64,000 nt of DNA from Gemmatimonadota bacterium (GTDB lineage Bacteria; Gemmatimonadota; Gemmatimonadetes; Gemmatimonadales; GWC2-71-9). The notes below the pieces were generated by a model. The model made no database searches and was not told the origin of the DNA. It was given only the letters and a program-made list of their open reading frames with translations. A program made the position numbers and the translations under genes. Below, one piece after another: positions 57,652-64,000 of the stretch. Where the stretch lies: contig JAZDCZ010000254.1 of NCBI GenBank assembly GCA_036679605.1, positions 32,001 to 96,000 of the forward strand, given 5' to 3'. Each line of letters opens with the position of its first letter. Position 1 is the first letter of the stretch.

Positions 57652-59442
57652 GTGAACCCTAGCGATACCCTGACCACGCTCTACTTCGACGCCATTGAGC
57701 GCTTCCATACCAAGCGAGCAGCGATACGGTACAAGAAAGATGGCACGTGGCATGACATTACACACCGCGAACTTGAACGGCGTGTTCGACATGCAGCGCT
57801 TGGCCTACTCGAACTTGGCGTTCGTCCACGAGACCGTGTAGCGATCCTATCACACAACAGGCCAGAGTGGGCAATAGCAGATTTCGCTTGTCTCACTGCC
57901 CGCTGCACGGACGTGCCGATCTATCCCACGATCCCCGCCCATCAAGTGTGCCACATCATCAAGGACTCTGAAAGCAGTGTCGTATTCGTCTCCGACCGAA
58001 AACAATACGAGAAAGTCGACGCGATTCGCAACGAAATACCGGCGTTACGCCACATTATCACGTTCGACTCTCGCATCGAAGGACCTGACGTGGTAAGCAT
58101 GGAGACGCTCTATCAAATGGGCAGCGCGGTTGAATCGAAATATCCTGATTACCGCGACACAGCATGCCAAGTGAATCGGGACGACCCTGCGACCCTGATC
58201 TATACGTCCGGCACCACAGGTCCGCCAAAGGGCGTGATCCTCACACACTTCAATCTCGCTTCCAACGTTGCAGGGGCTCTGGAAGTCATTTCCGTAGGGC
58301 CGGATGACAGCTGTCTTTCCATTCTACCTTTGTCTCACAGCTTTGAGCGGATGGCCGGCCATTACACGATGTTTCAGGCCGGTGTAACAATCAACTACGC
58401 CGAGAGTTTCGATCAGGTTCCGGCGAACCTAATCCAGGTCAGGCCCACTGTAGTGATCTCGGTGCCTAGACTCTTCGAAAAGATCTACGCGAGGGTGCTG
58501 GAGAACGCCATGGCAAGCGGTTCGGTGAAGCGGCGCATCTTCTTTTGGGCTCGTAATACGGCTGAGACGTGGGCCGACCTCTCGCTGAACGGGCAACCGA
58601 TTTCCACTAGACTGCACCTCAAGAAACGGCTGGCCGACGCCTTGGTATTCTCGAAACTCAGGGCTCGAATCGGAGGCCGCCTACGATTCTTTCTATCCGG
58701 AGGGGCGCCGCTCGCTCCGGAGATTGCCCGCTTCTTTTACGCAGCCGGGATCCCGATTCTGGAAGGCTACGGACTAACAGAATCATCTCCTGTCATTACC
58801 GTTAACCCTCCGGATGCCCTGCGAATCGGTACTGTCGGACCGCCATTACCGGGCGTGGAAGTGCAAATCGCTGACGACGGTGAGATTTTGGCTCGCGGAC
58901 CCAACATCATGCAGGGTTATTACAAGCAACCTGACGCGACGAGTAGCGCGGTTGACGCAAATGGGTGGCTTCATACCGGAGATATCGGGAAGCTCGACGG
59001 TGACAATTACTTGAGCATCACCGACCGCAAGAAGGACATCATCGTCACTGCGGGAGGCAAGAATATCGCGCCGCAACCGATCGAGAACGCGATTAAGCTA
59101 AACGAGTTCGTCTTGAACGCCGTCATGGTCGGTGACAGGCGCAAGTTTCCATCGGTCTTGGTTGTCCCGAATATCGACGCACTCGAAAAATGGGCCCTTG
59201 AACGAAACATTCTGGCAGAGCCCGACGCCTTCTTAGAGCAACCCGACGTCGTGGCGAAAATAGAGCGGGAGGTAATGGGAGTCCTTCGAAACCTGGCAAA
59301 CTACCAGAGGCCAAAGAAGATCTTGATCATTGAGAAAGATTTCACAGAGGAAGGCGGAGAACTGACGCCAAAACAAAACGTTAAACGCAAAGTCGTCGAG
59401 GAAAAATATGCGGACATGATTGACAAACTCTACGAGGAGTGA
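57652..59442 (+). CDS. Long-chain fatty acid--CoA ligase (AMP-dependent synthetase)
   Basis: IYTSGTTGPPKG, LPLSHSFER, EGYGLTE, WLHTGD, ITDRKKD, ELTPK. Confidence 0.93.
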   Translation: MNPSDTLTTLYFDAIERFHTKRAAIRYKKDGTWHDITHRELERRVRHAALGLLELGVRPRDRVAILSHNRPEWAIADFACLTARCTDVPIYPTIPAHQVCHIIKDSESSVVFVSDRKQYEKVDAIRNEIPALRHIITFDSRIEGPDVVSMETLYQMGSAVESKYPDYRDTACQVNRDDPATLIYTSGTTGPPKGVILTHFNLASNVAGALEVISVGPDDSCLSILPLSHSFERMAGHYTMFQAGVTINYAESFDQVPANLIQVRPTVVISVPRLFEKIYARVLENAMASGSVKRRIFFWARNTAETWADLSLNGQPISTRLHLKKRLADALVFSKLRARIGGRLRFFLSGGAPLAPEIARFFYAAGIPILEGYGLTESSPVITVNPPDALRIGTVGPPLPGVEVQIADDGEILARGPNIMQGYYKQPDATSSAVDANGWLHTGDIGKLDGDNYLSITDRKKDIIVTAGGKNIAPQPIENAIKLNEFVLNAVMVGDRRKFPSVLVVPNIDALEKWALERNILAEPDAFLEQPDVVAKIEREVMGVLRNLANYQRPKKILIIEKDFTEEGGELTPKQNVKRKVVEEKYADMIDKLYEE

Positions 59443-59446
59443 CGTA

Positions 59447-60061
59447 CTACGGCGCTACTCTCTCTCCAACCCAAAGACCTTCTCCCACCGCCAGCTCGCT
59501 CACACTCGAAATCGAAACTCGCTTTCCCACTGATACGATCCGCGAAGAACGCAGCAGCACTCGAGCACCTTCAACTAGCCAATGCTCACACGCATACTCA
59601 CTACCGACCACTATCCCTCTCATCGTCGAAGGCCTGAGCGGTATTATCTCCGTTGCGTGTAACAGGCTGACAACGGTGGATCTTCCTACCTCTGGCGGCG
59701 GATTCACGGCAACAAAGTGAACATCAGGGATTCTTGATGCCAAGTCTTGTCCCAGCCGGCCGGCCGACCCCAGTAGTGCTACATACCCTCCCGGTTCAGC
59801 CACAGAAAGAAGCGAATGCACCACATCCACGTCCGGCATGTCCTCCACCGTCAGATCATCGGACCGGCTGTCGGAATCAAGCTTTGGGTCGCGACCGAAA
59901 TGGACTGCGCCATCGACGATCGGGTATTGGGCATCACATGAAGGACAACCGACTGCTCCGCTAACAACACTGCGATCTTCCATTTTGTCTACCGACAAGA
60001 CGCAAGGGCACTCCTCGTGGTCGGCTGGGCACTTGAGGAACTCCGCAAGCTCGATAAACAT
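59447..60061 (-). CDS. Hypothetical protein, Trm112-like N-terminal Cys knuckle
   Basis: LKCP.DH...GCPSCDAQYPIVDG followed by a Rossmann-like segment. Confidence 0.6.
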   Translation of the reverse strand: MFIELAEFLKCPADHEECPCVLSVDKMEDRSVVSGAVGCPSCDAQYPIVDGAVHFGRDPKLDSDSRSDDLTVEDMPDVDVVHSLLSVAEPGGYVALLGSAGRLGQDLASRIPDVHFVAVNPPPEVGRSTVVSLLHATEIIPLRPSTMRGIVVGSEYACEHWLVEGARVLLRSSRIVSVGKRVSISSVSELAVGEGLWVGERVAP

Positions 60062-60076
60062 GTTTCTATCTTCTCC

Positions 60077-60775
60077 TCAAGCCGAAGAGGGTCCTAGACG
60101 TATGAGATCAACCCTCACACGCTGCGGTCGTGTCACTGCAAATACAACAGCGTCAGCCACATCACTTGCCTTGAGCATGTCCGATCTGTCTGGTAGGTCC
60201 GCGTGGCCCTCGGCATCGAGTTGATTCCAGATGTCTGTATCCGTGGGACCCGGAGAGATCAACGTGGTTCTGATGTCTGTGTCTGCAAGTTCCCGTACCA
60301 GTACCTCGTGCATGCCCCGCAGCCCGCACTTGCTGGCACCGTAGGCTGCGTTCCCCGGAAAGGCAACGTGATCCGAGATACTGCCGATTGTAACGAGATG
60401 ACTGCGGCCCTTGCGGATGAGGTGAGGCAATAGGGCGTGAAGAACCAAGAACGGCCCTGTTAGGTTGACTGCCAACTGGTCGCTGAATTCATCCACCGTG
60501 GTATCGGACAACGATCTCAGCATGAAACTTCCAGCGTTGTTTACTACTATATCGGGTACGCCGACCTCGCCGAGCACTTTGTCAATGGCCTCATCGACTG
60601 CCTTGGCATCAGTAATGTCACACGGAATATCTGTTCTTCTCTCCTGCTCTATCGCAGCGAGACTCCGGGCGATTCTAACGACGTGAGCCCCCGCGACTTG
60701 TAGTTCCTCTGACACTGCGAGACCTATACCGCGGCTCGCTCCCGTCACGACCGCGATCTTCCCGCCGAGCATCAT
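60077..60775 (-). CDS. SDR family oxidoreductase
   Basis: TGASRGIG, NNAG, YGASK; TGATG coupling to folE. Confidence 0.92.
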   Translation of the reverse strand: MMLGGKIAVVTGASRGIGLAVSEELQVAGAHVVRIARSLAAIEQERRTDIPCDITDAKAVDEAIDKVLGEVGVPDIVVNNAGSFMLRSLSDTTVDEFSDQLAVNLTGPFLVLHALLPHLIRKGRSHLVTIGSISDHVAFPGNAAYGASKCGLRGMHEVLVRELADTDIRTTLISPGPTDTDIWNQLDAEGHADLPDRSDMLKASDVADAVVFAVTRPQRVRVDLIRLGPSSA

Positions 60776-61398
60776 CAATCCATCCAATTTCCACCATGGA
60801 CCAGACGGAGAAATTCGTCGCGTGTCCTGTCATCTAGAAACTGGCCTCTCAATGCGCTGGTCACGGTCCTAGAGTGTTGTTTCTCAACACCCCGCATCAT
60901 CATGCAAAGATGGTGAGCTTCTATCACGACGCCGACACCGTGTGGTTCGACCGTTCGCATGAGAGAATCAGCGATCTGGTCGGTCAAGCGCTCCTGGATC
61001 TGGAGCCTATGGGCGAATACGTCTACAACGCGCGGAATCTTGGAGAGACCCAGTATCTTCCCCTTCGGCAGATAGGCCACATGTGCCTTGCCAAAAAAAG
61101 GCAACATATGGTGCTCGCACAGAGAGTAAATCTCGATGTCCCGTACCAGCACCATGCTATCGTGGGATTCCTCGAACACCGCACCTGCAACGGCCTCATC
61201 GACCGAAGTTCCGTAGCCTCGAGTGAGCCACTTGAGGGAGATCTCTACACGCTCCGGAGTCTTCACGAGTCCCTCTCGGTCCGGGTCCTCACCGAGAAAC
61301 AGGAGGGTACGTCGAATCAGCTCCCTGATGATCGACCCTGATTCGTCCGGGGAAGCGACGGCATCTGGCTGGCGCTTGATATGATGGGCTCCGGTCAC
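60775..61398 (-). CDS. folE: GTP cyclohydrolase I
   Basis: [43 protein letters not shown]. Confidence 0.96.
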   Translation of the reverse strand: MTGAHHIKRQPDAVASPDESGSIIRELIRRTLLFLGEDPDREGLVKTPERVEISLKWLTRGYGTSVDEAVAGAVFEESHDSMVLVRDIEIYSLCEHHMLPFFGKAHVAYLPKGKILGLSKIPRVVDVFAHRLQIQERLTDQIADSLMRTVEPHGVGVVIEAHHLCMMMRGVEKQHSRTVTSALRGQFLDDRTRDEFLRLVHGGNWMD

Positions 61399-61756
61399 TG
61401 GCTACTCCAAGACACACATACATTCTGCCAGTATGGCAGACGTAGTTGGCAAGTTATTGTGTTACGGATATCTGAAGGCTATCTACAACTCTGCGAGATA
61501 GGTAGTGGTAGCTATATTGTAGCGAAGAAAAAGCGGAACGAAGAGAATTATTGATGCCCGAAACAGTACTGATCGTGCCCTCCACGAAGCATTTGTCGTC
61601 CCGGTTGTGGGGCCTGACATCCGCAAAGTAAGCGCGCACGCTGACGAGCTTGTTGGCTCAATAACTGACCTCTCCGCCCCGCATCCTTCGCGAATTATAG
61701 AGTCGTTACCATACGGCGTCAACAGACACCAAGTCGACAAAAGGGAATGGTAGGAA

Positions 61757-61903
61757 TTGCTGACGATTGGAGCAGGTGTGAGCCTCGCGCTCTGGGTCTT
61801 TCTCGCTTTTGTAGCTCAATTCCCAACCGGTTGGGTAAACCTGCCGCTTGCGATCGGAGTGGTTCTAATAGCTATGCGAATAGTCAAGGACAAGCGGACC
61901 TAG
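61757..61903 (+). CDS. Small two-TM membrane protein (48 aa, below the ORF-track cutoff)
   Basis: TTG start after purine-rich GGGA/AGGA; MLTIGAGVSLALWVFLAFVAQFPTGWVNLPLAIGVVLIAMRIVKDKRT. Confidence 0.6.
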   Translation: MLTIGAGVSLALWVFLAFVAQFPTGWVNLPLAIGVVLIAMRIVKDKRT

Positions 61904-62011
61904 ATGTCCGGTCTTGGCGGACGAGCTGCAGCACTCGTAGGGACACCTGACGGCATCAAAAGCGACCAGTGGCGTACTAACCTGAACTGAGATACGCTCA
62001 CGCTCCACTAG

Positions 62012-62989
62012 TCATATCTCCCAGTTAGAAAACAGGACCTCGTTTGCAGGTAACATGGCCTCAGGAAGTTCAGCGAGGGTCATTCGAAGATCCGTCCATC
62101 TCACATGATATCCCAACTCAACCAGCTTCGTGAAGGAACCGGCATAATTGGTTTGACAGCGAATCGCCACTCTTGGAATTTCCCTCCGCGTCGCACAGCG
62201 CTCTGCCGCAACCACCAGTTTTTCGAACGTGTCTGGAGAATCTGCAAAGAGCTTGAGTATTCTCAGCTCATCCACTGATCGTTCCTCCACCAATGCGGCC
62301 GAATGCCATAACGCGAAGCCCGACACGTCTCCATTCCGCTCGACGATCGCAGCGTCACCGATTCCGAGTTCCAGAGTAAGCTCAAACTCTCGCTGGAAGT
62401 CATATCCTTCAACGGATTTGCCCAACCTCACACCGCACTGCATAAGCATGTCGGATTGATCGGCTGCTGACAGCTCGCTTAGCTGCACGAAACGGCCTCT
62501 AATATTTCGCTTGGCGGCATCGCAAGTCATAGTCATGGTGAGGTATTGCGGAATAAACCCCAGCCTACTGTAGAACCCTATGTTATCTACAGTGCGTGGC
62601 ATCGTCTCGAGCCCCAATGTTCGCACACCCTCATCCCGGAGCCAATCGATCGCAGTCTGAACGATAGCGCGACCTACACCAAGCCCCTGCCTATCCGGCC
62701 TGACACCCAGCGGACCCATCCATCCTTCCACCCCTGAGTGATGAGCAATATTGAAGGCGACCAAATCGTCGTTTTCGTCGAACCAGAGCATGGCCCCATC
62801 ACCGGCATCCCGAATCGCGTAGTCCCAGATATCCGGGTTGAGCCTAGGCACTCGCACCCCCACCAAGCCGTCACGTCGGTAGCGATCGGTGAACGAATCT
62901 GAGAATAGACGGTTCAACGACGGCACATCCGCCTGGGTGGGGGCTCGGGGGCCCCGCAGCCCCTTCTCCGGACGCCATAGCTTTACCAC
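62012..62989 (-). CDS. GNAT family acetyltransferase (tandem GNAT-like)
   Basis: LGVRPDRQGLGVG acetyl-CoA motif, NIGFYSRLGF. Confidence 0.85.
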   Translation of the reverse strand: MVKLWRPEKGLRGPRAPTQADVPSLNRLFSDSFTDRYRRDGLVGVRVPRLNPDIWDYAIRDAGDGAMLWFDENDDLVAFNIAHHSGVEGWMGPLGVRPDRQGLGVGRAIVQTAIDWLRDEGVRTLGLETMPRTVDNIGFYSRLGFIPQYLTMTMTCDAAKRNIRGRFVQLSELSAADQSDMLMQCGVRLGKSVEGYDFQREFELTLELGIGDAAIVERNGDVSGFALWHSAALVEERSVDELRILKLFADSPDTFEKLVVAAERCATRREIPRVAIRCQTNYAGSFTKLVELGYHVRWTDLRMTLAELPEAMLPANEVLFSNWEI

Positions 62990-64000
62990 GGCGAGGCACC
63001 TCCGTTGTCGGCGACTGTCGCAAAACCTTTATCTTGGTCGAACTCTACCCGCAGAACTCGATCTACCCCTTCCTTGACCGACTCGATGTGCGTTATCAAA
63101 ATCACTTGTGGGAATCTTCCGGTGAGTCTACGCAACAACTCAACTACGTGATGCCTACGGTTTTCGTCAAGGCTACCGAACACCTCATCGAGCACCAGCA
63201 GAGACAGCGGTTGACCTGCACGTTCTGCCACCATCTGGCTGATGGCGAGGCGCAAGACGAGATTGACCAGATCTTCCTCACCTCCGGAGATCACCGACTT
63301 CGGCAACCCGTTCTCGACAACCAGGACTCGATACTGATCATCTAGGTCCAGTTCATCGTAACGGCCGTCAGTGAGATCGGACAAGAACACTGAGGCACGT
63401 TCGGCTATCTCGGGCCGCATCGTAGCATTCAACTCGAGACGCAGATCCTGGAGCGCATCGTCGAGATCGTCATGCAAGTGTAGATCCGACTTGATGTGAT
63501 CGACTCGCGCCGATCGCTCGTCTCGAGCGCGAACTCGCCGTTCCGCCATTTCTACCGCAGTCCTCCCGGCCTTTTGATCGCCTTCGACCGTGGCCAATTG
63601 CAGTTCTGCTTCGCGGGACGCTGCCTCCGCTCTCTCGTAGCTTTTCTTAGCCCGGGAAAACAGTTCATCGCTATATCCAAAATTCTCCAGCAGTTTCTTA
63701 GCCCGATTCAACCGATTCTCCACCTCGGAAACCGCATTCTCCGCCGATTCCGCCCTCTGGACTAGGCTTTCCGCTACTTCAGCCTTTACTTTCAGTTCCG
63801 CACCTCTTTGCTTGATCGGCTCGAGCAACCGCAGTTCCTTTCTCACTATTTCATGACGCTCAATATCGTACAGATCGGGCAGATCTGCGATCTCTCGTTC
63901 TAGGTCTTCCTGCCGGCGTTGCGATGCACTCGCGTCAGATTCCGCTTGGTCCTTTTCTCGCACACGGTTCTCGTACATTGCCACCCGCTCTACCGCACTC
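62983..64000 (-). CDS. sbcC: SbcC/Rad50-SMC family ATPase, C-terminal part (truncated by window edge)
   Basis: Coiled coil, ISGGE signature, LLVLDEVFGSLD, ILITH. Confidence 0.85.
   Translation of the reverse strand, partial: SAVERVAMYENRVREKDQAESDASASQRRQEDLEREIADLPDLYDIERHEIVRKELRLLEPIKQRGAELKVKAEVAESLVQRAESAENAVSEVENRLNRAKKLLENFGYSDELFSRAKKSYERAEAASREAELQLATVEGDQKAGRTAVEMAERRVRARDERSARVDHIKSDLHLHDDLDDALQDLRLELNATMRPEIAERASVFLSDLTDGRYDELDLDDQYRVLVVENGLPKSVISGGEEDLVNLVLRLAISQMVAERAGQPLSLLVLDEVFGSLDENRRHHVVELLRRLTGRFPQVILITHIESVKEGVDRVLRVEFDQDKGFATVADNGGASPW

Noticed and set aside
61399..61740. Riboswitch upstream of folE
   Set aside because: Only a short palindrome (tctgcca-gta-tggcaga, 61424-61440) is visible; no recognisable THF, preQ1 or ZTP consensus.

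Overview
Bacterial genomic window with no rRNA, tRNA, CRISPR array, integrase or transposase visible. The gene content (ADOP permeases with PadR, TolB-propeller amidohydrolases, DUF2911, PCYCGC protein, V4R) resembles Gemmatimonadota/Acidobacteriota-type organisms; this is an inference, not a database result. Housekeeping-type flanks (acyl-CoA ligases, family-5 UDG, GldA/F/G-like ABC system, UppS operon, M16/M23/M24/M55/S9 peptidases, tesA-ybbA-ybbP, pdp, folE, SbcC/SMC) surround an accessory region at about 15.4-40.5 kb with two unusual parts. (1) At 15.4-24.8 kb, unrelated secreted enzyme genes share a duplicated promoter, long leader and RBS module, which in one pair extends into the signal peptide. 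(2) At 26.4-40.5 kb, the unit [<-ADOP duplicated orphan permease <-PadR | antitoxin-nucleotidyltransferase TA->] occurs three times. The permeases have near-identical DNA frameworks with variable periplasmic loops, each has a different PadR and N-terminal prefix, four different NTase TA-like pairs sit between or beside them, and an exact 20-bp REP-like direct repeat brackets the block. This candidate toxin-locked, diversifying permease/receptor array is the best candidate for an undescribed system here.
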